From: Cyclobacteriaceae bacterium
GTDB lineage: Bacteria > Bacteroidota > Bacteroidia > Cytophagales > Cyclobacteriaceae
Assembly (NCBI GenBank): GCA_031395485.1
Contig: JANNUS010000012.1
Span: forward strand, 149,142 to 213,141
Direction of reading: 5' to 3'
DNA length: 64,000 nt
Below, piece by piece: positions 56,012 through 64,000 of this stretch. Both the position numbers and the translations under genes were made by a program. Position 1 is the first letter of the stretch, and each line of letters starts with the position of its first letter. The notes under the pieces are model-generated. The model searched no databases and was not told the origin of the DNA. It saw nothing but the letters and a program-made list of their open reading frames with translations.

Positions 56012-58006
56012 TTAATCTTTCTTTAATACCCCTGATGTGCCCCTCTTTCGAAAAACAAACTCACCGCCCTCATCGCCACTCAACCTCAGCGGGCTTCCGA
56101 TGGGCGTTTGTCCGGACTCTTCTGCTACTTTCATTTTAACATGTTGAATTAGTTCACTTACTGCGAATTCATTTTTTTGATTCTCTTTTAAATAACTCAA
56201 TAAAACCCTTGCAAAAGGGCTGTTAGAGCCTATATCACCGTCCGAAACAACTTCGAGACGTCCAGATGCCAATCCCCAACGGGATCGGATTTTTTCAACT
56301 TTGTCCACATATCCAAAGCCTCTGTTTGGATCCGTGAAAAGTGACCCTGAAAAACACGCATCTGCAATGAGAAATGTGTGTTGCGAATTGATGCTCTCTA
56401 TAATTTTTAATATCGATGAGTTAGGTAAATATTCACCTTGTGCATTCGCGTTGGCATCTACGGGAATCCAATACCCTTCATTCAGGAGTTCATCAAAATA
56501 TCCGTGACCGGAAAAATAAATGATCAGGTTATCTTTAGCTGTTATTTTTTCAATGAGCCCGCGAAGTCCTTTGTATATATTATTTTGTGTTGCTTGTTCA
56601 TCTTTTAAAATTGTAATGTTCGATAACTCAAAATTGTAGGTTTGCATCAAAATGCTTGTAATATCATTGGCATCGTTTACTGCGTTATTCAACCTAGGCC
56701 AATGCTGATAACTATTAATACCAACTACAAGCAAAAAATTTCTAGCCACTAATGGATCATAATCCTCAATATCTCCTTTTCGGTTTACAGTAAACCTCTT
56801 CATAGCTATATTACCGTTGATGTCTGATGCTTCCAGTGTGATCAAGTTCTCACCCATCATCAAGGGGATATGGATAATGAATTTTCCGTTTTCACGGATT
56901 GGAGTTTCAATACCGTTGATTCTGAGGTTTCTCACTCCGTAGTCATCGAAAATAGAGCCATGAAGGGCAATGATATCCTTCGAATAATTAACGCGATCAT
57001 TTATAATACGTGCCGGGTCGGAAATATAGATCTGTGGAGATATGTTATCCTGCTCATCTTTAAAATTGAATATAGGCGGAATCTTTAAATCGGAGATGTC
57101 GTAAACACTAGCATATGGAACAAGGTCTTCGATAATACAAACTTGTTTGCCGTTGGGGCCAAAGCTTGAACTTAGCACTGCGCCAGAAAGCTTCCGGTAA
57201 ATAACATCTGGCTGATCTTTGTTAACAGAGAGAATGAAAAAGGATTCAGCGCCTGCTGCTAAGTATCTTCCATCGCTGCTGAATTCTAACGAATTTATTC
57301 TTCCACGGGTATTCAATATAGTTTCTATCAATGAGCCGGTTTCTATGTTCCAAAGGTTAACGGTACCATCGTGCCCGCCACTGGCAAGGGTTTTGGCATC
57401 GGGAGAAATCGCCAGACTTACGATCCACTCTTGCTCTTTTATCGGCAACTCATTTACTAAATTCCCAAGACCATCGTACAACGCAATGTTCTGCGTATTG
57501 CCGGCAACGGCCAGCAACCTGCCATGCTTACTCAGCGCGAGTGCACGAAGTACACCGCTTGTAGGAACATATCGAATAAGTTCTCCGCTTACTGACCTTA
57601 TCGAAATACCTTTTGCCGACATCACAACAATTTTTTCGCCAGACTCAAGATATCTACAAGCCAACAAGTTATTTTCAGGTACTCTGAAATCGTATTTGAC
57701 AGCTTTTGTCTTAGTGTTCCAGATAGTGATGTGCCCGTTGGAGTGGCATGCCATGACTGCCTCACCCTCATGATCAAAACTAAAGTCGCTTATTTTGCTT
57801 CCATACTTGAAGAATGCCGATACCTCAATTCCAGATCGATACAATTTTATTTTATTTCCTACCGCAAAACCGATAAGATCATTTTGAGGAGAGAATTTAG
57901 CTAAGTTTCCCTTGGCTAGCCCAAAACTTACTTTTTGGGGTACTTGCCCGAAGGAGACGACTGATACCACCATCCAAACAATAAAATATAGACTGCAATA
58001 TTTCAT
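56012..58006 (-). CDS. Secreted WD40-repeat beta-propeller / caspase-family (peptidase C14) protein
   Basis: Signal peptide. WD40-like repeats (GHDGTVNLWNIETG, HSNGHITIWNTKT). An Ig-like middle region. Caspase dyad motifs IIYFSGHG and FLIADACFSG. Confidence 0.85.
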   Translation of the reverse strand: MKYCSLYFIVWMVVSVVSFGQVPQKVSFGLAKGNLAKFSPQNDLIGFAVGNKIKLYRSGIEVSAFFKYGSKISDFSFDHEGEAVMACHSNGHITIWNTKTKAVKYDFRVPENNLLACRYLESGEKIVVMSAKGISIRSVSGELIRYVPTSGVLRALALSKHGRLLAVAGNTQNIALYDGLGNLVNELPIKEQEWIVSLAISPDAKTLASGGHDGTVNLWNIETGSLIETILNTRGRINSLEFSSDGRYLAAGAESFFILSVNKDQPDVIYRKLSGAVLSSSFGPNGKQVCIIEDLVPYASVYDISDLKIPPIFNFKDEQDNISPQIYISDPARIINDRVNYSKDIIALHGSIFDDYGVRNLRINGIETPIRENGKFIIHIPLMMGENLITLEASDINGNIAMKRFTVNRKGDIEDYDPLVARNFLLVVGINSYQHWPRLNNAVNDANDITSILMQTYNFELSNITILKDEQATQNNIYKGLRGLIEKITAKDNLIIYFSGHGYFDELLNEGYWIPVDANANAQGEYLPNSSILKIIESINSQHTFLIADACFSGSLFTDPNRGFGYVDKVEKIRSRWGLASGRLEVVSDGDIGSNSPFARVLLSYLKENQKNEFAVSELIQHVKMKVAEESGQTPIGSPLRLSGDEGGEFVFRKRGTSGVLKKD

Positions 58007-58731
58007 TTGCGCATATACAATTGATACGACACACCCGTTCTGAATTCAAAGCTGATAGGAAAACTAAGCAACAACTTGTTCTCAGGAAGATTCCTTCCGT
58101 ATACTTCGATAATTTTTAAATTAATTCCATTTGCTAACAAACGACTGAAGCCGAAGCCGACCCCAATCGTATGGATATTCTCCTCTACCAGATATGTTTC
58201 AAGCAAATCTTCACGGAGACCAGGGTCTTGAACTTCCAATGTTTTCGATTTATTCTTCACCGAAACTTTTTGGATGCCCATATTCACTATTGCATAGGCC
58301 TTAAATTTATTGAAACGAGCCATCGTAACACGCACATCAATTCCGATCTCACTGCTGTTGGAAGAGAAGGTTGTTTGCCCTAAAAAAAGCGGGCTTGGTC
58401 CACGAATTCCTGGTACATCAGAGTCAAATAATATTGATTCCGCTTCCAGTAGTAAAAGTGTTGCACTCAACGAGTGAGAAAAATAAATGCCTGCCTCTAA
58501 ATAGCTATTAATTGGGTAACGCCAACTTGCAGTAAGAATACTTGATCTATACTTCTGGTCGAATTCAAAATTATGACGCTCTGTAATGTCAGTGCCTACA
58601 TAATCATAGAAGCTCACGCCTTTATTGAACGATACCCCAAATTGAACTTGTATTTCATGGCTGCGCTGAGCCCATCCAGTATGAAGTGATAGGGTGTAAT
58701 AGAAGAATACAATAAGAGTAAACGTTTTCAT
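58003..58731 (-). CDS. Outer-membrane beta-barrel-like protein (hypothetical)
   Basis: Signal peptide MKTFTLIVFFYYTLSLHTGWAQ and alternating strands. The stop overlaps the caspase gene start (ATGA). Confidence 0.5.
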   Translation of the reverse strand: MKTFTLIVFFYYTLSLHTGWAQRSHEIQVQFGVSFNKGVSFYDYVGTDITERHNFEFDQKYRSSILTASWRYPINSYLEAGIYFSHSLSATLLLLEAESILFDSDVPGIRGPSPLFLGQTTFSSNSSEIGIDVRVTMARFNKFKAYAIVNMGIQKVSVKNKSKTLEVQDPGLREDLLETYLVEENIHTIGVGFGFSRLLANGINLKIIEVYGRNLPENKLLLSFPISFEFRTGVSYQLYMRK

Positions 58732-58899
58732 GGCTTGGTCTCCACATCACGAGCAAAACGGCTAATTGGTTGGTTGAACAACTGATTATAATTCAGTATC
58801 TGTGTTTTACAAAAATATTCTTTGCATCAACCAACGAATTCATCTGCTTTTGCGTGAGGGCTATGTTACTGTATCAACTTAAATTAAAACAATACTATT

Positions 58900-59637
58900 A
58901 TGAAAAAGCAATTTAGTATTTCCTTAGTCTTGCTTATGGCAATTTTCGGGGCTTGCAATAGTGACGAGCCTGTTCCGTTTCGGGAAAATCCTGGTGATAT
59001 GCCGTATCTAGTCGACATTGACCCAGATAATTTCCTAAACACTAACATTGTTGGCAACACGTTTTTTCCGCTTACATCACCACGCGCAACTACTTATATT
59101 GGTGATGACGATGGTGAGGTTATCAGAGTTGTGGAAGAATTCACAAGCGACACTAAACTTATTATGGGTGTTACTTGCGTTATTGTACGCGCACGTGAAT
59201 ACGAAAATGATGAATTAATTGAAGATACTTATGATTGGTATGCTCAGGATATAGAGGGAAACGTTTGGTATTTTGGGGAAGACTCGAAAGAGATTGAAAA
59301 TGGAATAGTAGTAAGCACACATGGATCGTGGGAGGCCGGAGTGGATGGAGCATTACCGGGAATCATAATGCTCGCCAACCCAATTGTTGGCTTGTGGTAT
59401 CGACAAGAGTTTTTTGAAGATGAAGCCGAAGATGTTGCGCAGATATTAAGCAGGGATGCTTCTGTAACTGTACCTTTTCAATCAGCGGCATTCACGAATT
59501 GTATACAAATTGCTGAATGGAGTTTGTTAGAGCCGGGCACAGTTGAACATAAATTTTATTCGGCTGGCGTTGGATTGGTAAGAGCTGTAAAAGTAAAGGG
59601 TGGTTCGGACTATGAAGATCTTACTGAAATTAACTAA
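58900..59637 (+). CDS. Hypothetical lipoprotein
   Basis: Lipobox MAIFGAC. No family recognised. Confidence 0.45.
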   Translation: MKKQFSISLVLLMAIFGACNSDEPVPFRENPGDMPYLVDIDPDNFLNTNIVGNTFFPLTSPRATTYIGDDDGEVIRVVEEFTSDTKLIMGVTCVIVRAREYENDELIEDTYDWYAQDIEGNVWYFGEDSKEIENGIVVSTHGSWEAGVDGALPGIIMLANPIVGLWYRQEFFEDEAEDVAQILSRDASVTVPFQSAAFTNCIQIAEWSLLEPGTVEHKFYSAGVGLVRAVKVKGGSDYEDLTEIN

Positions 59638-59643
59638 ACAATA

Positions 59644-59664
59644 CGGGCGGTAATGAACCGCCCG
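59644..59664. terminator. Hairpin CGGGCGG-TAATGAA-CCGCCCG between convergent genes
   Basis: 7-bp GC stem between the plus-strand stop at 59637 and the minus-strand stop at 59671. Confidence 0.55.
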
Positions 59665-59670
59665 CATTAT

Positions 59671-60198
59671 TTATTCTAGTATTGGATGATAACCTTCAGC
59701 AGGTCTTTCTTTCAAATGGTGATCCATGATAATGCGTGCACATGTATTCCAACGTAATATCGGATCATTATTTTCTCCCTTATTAATTGCATTGGCTTTT
59801 TCAAAGAGTAACATAGCCTCGCGATACCACTCATAGGCGTCAAAATCGGTACCCGGATTAGAGGAAGCTAAAGAAGCTGCACCTTGACGTTCATGAACAA
59901 TACCAGTATAGTATATTTTTGAGTACTCGTCTTTCAGACTGTTCGCCAGATCAAGGGCTCGTTTTGCTGTATGTGATGATGACTGTCCAAACTGATCGGT
60001 AAGAGCAAGCAATAATACCACCGAAGCTTTTGAATTGCCCGGGTCAACTTCAAGAATATCAAGGCAGATGCTTTCGGCTAGTTGAGGCTGATTTAGCAGC
60101 CTGTAATGCTCGGCTTTACCAAGGGCTGCTTCAACACCTTCTTTAGAAAGCGGCTTCAATTCAAACAAAGGTTTCTCGCTGGTTGTTGTTGATTTCAT
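59671..60198 (-). CDS. Helical (TPR-like) hypothetical protein, last gene of the sdh operon
   Basis: It starts 12 nt after the sdhB stop on the same strand. Helical-repeat composition (AESICLDILEVDPGNSKASVVLLLAL). Confidence 0.45.
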   Translation of the reverse strand: MKSTTTSEKPLFELKPLSKEGVEAALGKAEHYRLLNQPQLAESICLDILEVDPGNSKASVVLLLALTDQFGQSSSHTAKRALDLANSLKDEYSKIYYTGIVHERQGAASLASSNPGTDFDAYEWYREAMLLFEKANAINKGENNDPILRWNTCARIIMDHHLKERPAEGYHPILE

Positions 60199-60210
60199 AA
60201 CTCGAAAGAT

Positions 60211-60957
60211 TTATTTTTCGCTACTAAATATACGGAAAAGCTTCATGAGCGGATCATAAAATTTATCGGCAACGCGTTCTTTTAATGGAATAATAGCGTT
60301 ATCGGTAATGGTGATATTTTCGGGGCACACATTCGTACAGCATTTGGTAATGTTGCAAAAGCCAATGCCATGCGCATTCTTTAAATCTTCTCTGCGATCT
60401 TCTACATCCAGTGGATGCATCTCCAATGCTGCCGCATAAACCATATGCCTTGGTCCGGCAAATTCTTCATGCAAATTATGCTCACGCAATACGTGGCAAA
60501 CATCCTGACAAAGAAAACACTCGATACATTTTCTGAATTCCTGAACTCGATCAATATCACTTTGTGCCATTCGCCACGTTCCATCAGGAGCATCGGGAGG
60601 GCGGGGTTTGAATTGCCGTATTTTTTTCTTGATGCGATAGTTGATGGATACATCGGTTACTAAATCTCTGATTACCGGAAATGCTTTCATCGGTTGGATA
60701 GTTACCGGTTTGTCTTGAGGCATATCACTCATGCGCGTCATGCACATAAGTTTTGGATGCCCGTTAACTTCCGCTGAGCAGGATCCGCATTTACCAGCCT
60801 TGCAATTCCATCGAACGGCCAAGTCATTCGCGCTTTCTGACTGTATTTGATGCACAGCATCGAGCACCACCATACCTTCCGTAATGTCAGTTTCATATTC
60901 CTGAAACTGCCCACCGTTGGTATTCGTTCGCCAGATGTTGAACTTGAATTTTGGCAT
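60211..60957 (-). CDS. sdhB: Succinate dehydrogenase/fumarate reductase iron-sulfur subunit
   Basis: Cluster motifs CKAGKCGSCSAEVNG (2Fe-2S), CIECFLCQDVC (4Fe-4S) and CNITKCCTNVCP (3Fe-4S). Confidence 0.92.
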   Translation of the reverse strand: MPKFKFNIWRTNTNGGQFQEYETDITEGMVVLDAVHQIQSESANDLAVRWNCKAGKCGSCSAEVNGHPKLMCMTRMSDMPQDKPVTIQPMKAFPVIRDLVTDVSINYRIKKKIRQFKPRPPDAPDGTWRMAQSDIDRVQEFRKCIECFLCQDVCHVLREHNLHEEFAGPRHMVYAAALEMHPLDVEDRREDLKNAHGIGFCNITKCCTNVCPENITITDNAIIPLKERVADKFYDPLMKLFRIFSSEK

Positions 60958-62772
60958 TTACTTCATTTCATTTATAATCTCCTGTAAGTCATCCCGTAAG
61001 GCTTGCTTTGGAATTTGTTTAACAAGCATCTTTCCGCTTTCATCTTTTCGAATACTTATATTAACATTCCCGAATTCTTCACTCTTGTCGGGAAAATCTT
61101 CACGAAAGTGACCACCACGACTTTCCTTGCGCTCATTGGCGGCCTTGGCAATTGCTTCCGCTACCGTAAGCATATGTTTTAACTCAATGGCCGTGTGCCA
61201 TCCCGGGTTATATCCTCGATTACCTCCACACGCGACCGCTTTTTCCTGTTCCTGAAATGTTGCAATATTTTTAATGGCTTCTTCGAGTTCGTTTCCCAAG
61301 CGCACTATCCCGACAAGGCTTTGCATCATGTCTTGCAAACTAGACTGAATTTGAAATGGATTTTCTCCTTTGGTTTCTCTTTCAAAAGGTGCCAATGCCC
61401 AAGCTGAAATTTCTTCAACCTGCTTTTCTGAAACTATTACGGTTTGGTTTTCTTTAGCATACTTGGCGGCAAATTCACCCGCGCGCTTACCGAACACCAG
61501 CAAGTCAGAGAGGGAATTTCCTCCCAATCGATTCGCTCCATGAAGTCCTGCTGCGCATTCACCTGCAGCAAACAGGCCGGGCGTGCTGGTCATCTGTGTA
61601 TCCGCATCTACCCGAACGCCTCCCATAATATAATGCGTTGTGGGGCCGACCTCCATTGGTTCTTTGGTAATATCCACACCAGCCAATTCTTTAAATTGGT
61701 GATACATACTGGGAAGCTTTCGCTTAATATGCTCGGGGGCATTTGAAATTCTCTCTTTAATCCACGCTATGTCAAGAAACACACCTCCATGTGGCGAGCC
61801 GCGTCCGGCTTTCACTTCACGCATAATGCATCGCGCAACGTGATCGCGTGTTAATAATTCAGGCGGCCGCTTTGCATTTTTGTCGCCTTGGGTATAACGC
61901 CACCCTTCTTCTTCATCCGTAGATGTTTGCCCACGATAATTTTCGGGAATGTCATCAAACATAAATCTCCGACCCTGGTTGTTCCGCAACACTCCGCCTT
62001 CGCCACGCACTCCTTCTGTAATCAACAATCCGCGCACGCTTGGAGGCCACACCATGCCTGTAGGATGAAACTGAACAAACTCCATGTCGATCAATTCGGC
62101 ACCAGCATGATAGGCTAATGAAATACCACCTCCGGTACAGTCCCAACTGTTGCTCGATATTTTATAAATCCTACCCATACCACCCGTAGCAATGATCACG
62201 GCCTTTGCCTGAAATACTTTGAAGAGACCTTTCTCACGGTCGTAACTAAAGGCGCCTACAACTTTATCGCCTTCTTTCAATAAACTTACTACGGTATACT
62301 CTTGATAAATATCTACTTTTTGATGAATGGCATAATCCTGCAGCGTTCTAATCATCTCGAGGCCGGTGCGATCACCCACATGTGCAAGGCGCGGATATTT
62401 ATGGCCTCCAAAATTTCGCTGCAAAATCTTTCCATCCTCTGTTCTGTCAAACACAGCTCCCCAGGCTTCCAACTCTCGTACCCTGTCAGGCGATTCTTTC
62501 GCATGTAATTCTGCCATTCGCCAGTTATTTAAATACTGGCCGCCTCGCATTGTATCCGCAAAATGTACCTTCCAACTGTCGCGATCGTCAACGTTACCTA
62601 ACGCGGCCGCTACACCACCCTCAGCCATTACTGTATGTGCTTTTCCTAATAGCGATCTGCAAATAACGGCTACCGAAACACCCGCTGTGGCAGCTTCAAT
62701 AGCGGCACGCAGACCTGCACCGCCAGATCCAATCACTAATACATCGTGCTTATAAGTTTCGTAGTTCGCCAT
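60958..62772 (-). CDS. sdhA: Succinate dehydrogenase/fumarate reductase flavoprotein subunit
   Basis: VIGSGGAGLRAA FAD fold, KAHTVMAEGG (flavinylation His), FVQFHPTG, and RGEGG. Confidence 0.92.
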   Translation of the reverse strand: MANYETYKHDVLVIGSGGAGLRAAIEAATAGVSVAVICRSLLGKAHTVMAEGGVAAALGNVDDRDSWKVHFADTMRGGQYLNNWRMAELHAKESPDRVRELEAWGAVFDRTEDGKILQRNFGGHKYPRLAHVGDRTGLEMIRTLQDYAIHQKVDIYQEYTVVSLLKEGDKVVGAFSYDREKGLFKVFQAKAVIIATGGMGRIYKISSNSWDCTGGGISLAYHAGAELIDMEFVQFHPTGMVWPPSVRGLLITEGVRGEGGVLRNNQGRRFMFDDIPENYRGQTSTDEEEGWRYTQGDKNAKRPPELLTRDHVARCIMREVKAGRGSPHGGVFLDIAWIKERISNAPEHIKRKLPSMYHQFKELAGVDITKEPMEVGPTTHYIMGGVRVDADTQMTSTPGLFAAGECAAGLHGANRLGGNSLSDLLVFGKRAGEFAAKYAKENQTVIVSEKQVEEISAWALAPFERETKGENPFQIQSSLQDMMQSLVGIVRLGNELEEAIKNIATFQEQEKAVACGGNRGYNPGWHTAIELKHMLTVAEAIAKAANERKESRGGHFREDFPDKSEEFGNVNISIRKDESGKMLVKQIPKQALRDDLQEIINEMK

Positions 62773-63548
62773 TAGAATATTCTAAAGTCAGTCCAAATGC
62801 CCATGGAGCAAAGTCGTACGTATAAATCGGCAAACATTACCCCAAATAAACTGAACCATGCCCAATTCATATGTCGTTTATTGAGGCAACTAGAGCAATC
62901 GTATACTTTCTTCTGAACCGGGGATTTTGAAAGCCGGTCTTTAAACCCGCCAACAAGGTGACGGAAGGAGTGACAACCAAATGTGTATCCACCAAGTAAT
63001 GTAGCATTGAGTGCTAGCACTAATGTTCCCACTCCCATACCGAATGCTTTTTCATTTGTTTCCGGATCAATGAACCACATTGCTTTAAAAGCATCGTACG
63101 TAAGAACAAGCACAAACAGAATTGCGAGGTATAAAAAATAACGATGAATGTTTTGCATAATCAAGGGGAAAGAATTTTCACCGCGATAAGTTTTGCGAGG
63201 CTCTGAAACCGCGCACGCAAGTGGATCCGCCCAAAAAGACTTATAGTATGCGCCTCTATAATAGTAACAGGTGAAACGCATACCACCCGGCGCCCAAAGA
63301 ATTAGTAATGCAGGAGAAAAGGGAAGCACCATTGGCCACCATGAAGGTTTCGGTCCAAACCAACTATGTGGTGAGTTGCCAAAAATTTCGGGTGAATAAA
63401 AAGGGGAGAGGTAAGGGCCAAGTGCGTAATGCTCTCCCTGAAATGCAGCCCACGTGGCATAGACAATAAACATTGACAACCCTAGAAAAACAAAAAGCGG
63501 GCGAACCCACCATAAGTCTTTTCGTGCTGTAATGCCAAAATTCACCAT
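62772..63548 (-). CDS. Succinate dehydrogenase membrane anchor, non-b558 type (mycobacterial Sdh1 SdhC-like?)
   Basis: Multi-TM, 258 aa. The stop overlaps the sdhA start (TAATG). Cys/His cluster GCHSFRH ... DCSSCLNKRH. It does not resemble the usual Bacteroidota b558 N-terminus. Confidence 0.6.
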   Translation of the reverse strand: MVNFGITARKDLWWVRPLFVFLGLSMFIVYATWAAFQGEHYALGPYLSPFYSPEIFGNSPHSWFGPKPSWWPMVLPFSPALLILWAPGGMRFTCYYYRGAYYKSFWADPLACAVSEPRKTYRGENSFPLIMQNIHRYFLYLAILFVLVLTYDAFKAMWFIDPETNEKAFGMGVGTLVLALNATLLGGYTFGCHSFRHLVGGFKDRLSKSPVQKKVYDCSSCLNKRHMNWAWFSLFGVMFADLYVRLCSMGIWTDFRIF

Positions 63549-63642
63549 TCAGTAATCCTTATAATATTTCTATGAGATTAAAAAGAAATACTACAAAAAG
63601 CAAGACGCTTTAGGACTAGTCTGACAATGTAACTTATGGGAA

Positions 63643-64000
63643 CTATTTAAAATGGTAGAGAAAAACTATAGTTGCAGCAAATGCTGGCTTTGGGTTGTCC
63701 TTAACCTCCAATGTTACGTTCATCTCAGTTTTCGAGATACCGCGTAAGTTTGTTAATGCCTTCAACATTACACGCAATCGCACCTCCTGATTCACTAACA
63801 CAGGTTGATTGAATCTCAGGTTTTCAATGCCATAATTCACAAGCATTTTAAAGTTATTTACTTCTGCAACCTGCTCCCATAAATAAGGTATTAATGAAAG
63901 TGTGAGGTAGCCATGTGCAATGGTACTCTTAAACTGACTCTCTGTTGATGCCCGCTTTGGATCGATGTGAATCCATTGATGATCAAGCGTTGCATCCGCA
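63643..64000 (-). CDS. MaoC-family (R-specific enoyl-CoA hydratase-like) dehydratase; 5' end outside the window
   Basis: The frame is open upstream of the listed Met to the window end: DATLDHQWIHIDPKRASTESQFKSTIAHGYLTLSLIP, a hot-dog fold signature. Confidence 0.75.
   Translation of the reverse strand, partial: ADATLDHQWIHIDPKRASTESQFKSTIAHGYLTLSLIPYLWEQVAEVNNFKMLVNYGIENLRFNQPVLVNQEVRLRVMLKALTNLRGISKTEMNVTLEVKDNPKPAFAATIVFLYHFK

Noticed and set aside
57219-57773. 184-aa plus-strand ORF inside the WD40-caspase gene
   Set aside because: It is antisense to a gene with clear WD40 and caspase motifs, has no motifs of its own, and is a typical long shadow ORF.
62302-62755. Three overlapping plus-strand ORFs (68-129 aa) inside sdhA; similar ones at 61195-62146
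   Set aside because: They are antisense or out of frame relative to an unambiguous SdhA flavoprotein gene.
1-64000. Search for rRNA, tRNA, tmRNA, CRISPR arrays, reverse transcriptase/retron/DGR signatures, integrases or intact transposases
   Set aside because: None was recognisable by eye. There are no direct-repeat/spacer arrays, no T-loop GGTTCGAATCC-type motifs, no YxDD reverse transcriptase motif, and no tyrosine or serine recombinase ORF.

Overview
This 64-kb window is chromosomal and protein-dense, with about 70 CDS. I found no rRNA, tRNA or CRISPR array. Gene content suggests Bacteroidota: an exbB-exbD-exbD-tonB-pstS-like-TPR cluster, DUF4386/DUF4476-type families, ECF sigma/anti-sigma pairs and a TAnnTTTG-like -7 box. 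That assignment is inference only. Left edge (1-6.5 kb): an accessory, visibly more AT-rich defence-island segment. It holds the 3' part of a type I restriction hsdR. Next comes a three-gene toxin / XRE antitoxin / SecB-like chaperone candidate (TAC-type) module with a perfect 20-nt palindrome at its start. A convergent two-gene nuclease pair follows: a Cas4-like/DUF2779 fusion plus a coiled-coil NERD protein. The island ends in a long intergenic region with GC-rich hairpin repeats and a possible relic of a REP-associated (IS200-like) transposase. The rest is mostly housekeeping or envelope genes: DUF4386 membrane proteins with a Crp/Fnr regulator, greB, a PLD-type nuclease, and a secreted protein with six beta-gamma-crystallin-like domains. 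It also holds two sensor kinase-like genes, PBP1A, and an SDR / acyl-CoA dehydrogenase / APH-kinase / SDR cluster resembling 4-hydroxyacyl-CoA (lva / ACAD10-11 type) catabolism. Further along are a sigma-desaturase-csp-DEAD helicase cold-type cluster, the TonB/ExbBD region, an acyl-CoA oxidase-like gene and an amidohydrolase. A secreted WD40-caspase gene is coupled to beta-barrel proteins and to an ECF sigma gene whose N-terminus is interrupted by an in-frame TAG. The window ends with a three-subunit succinate dehydrogenase that looks like the mycobacterial Sdh1 type. All family calls come from motif recognition by eye; no searches were run.
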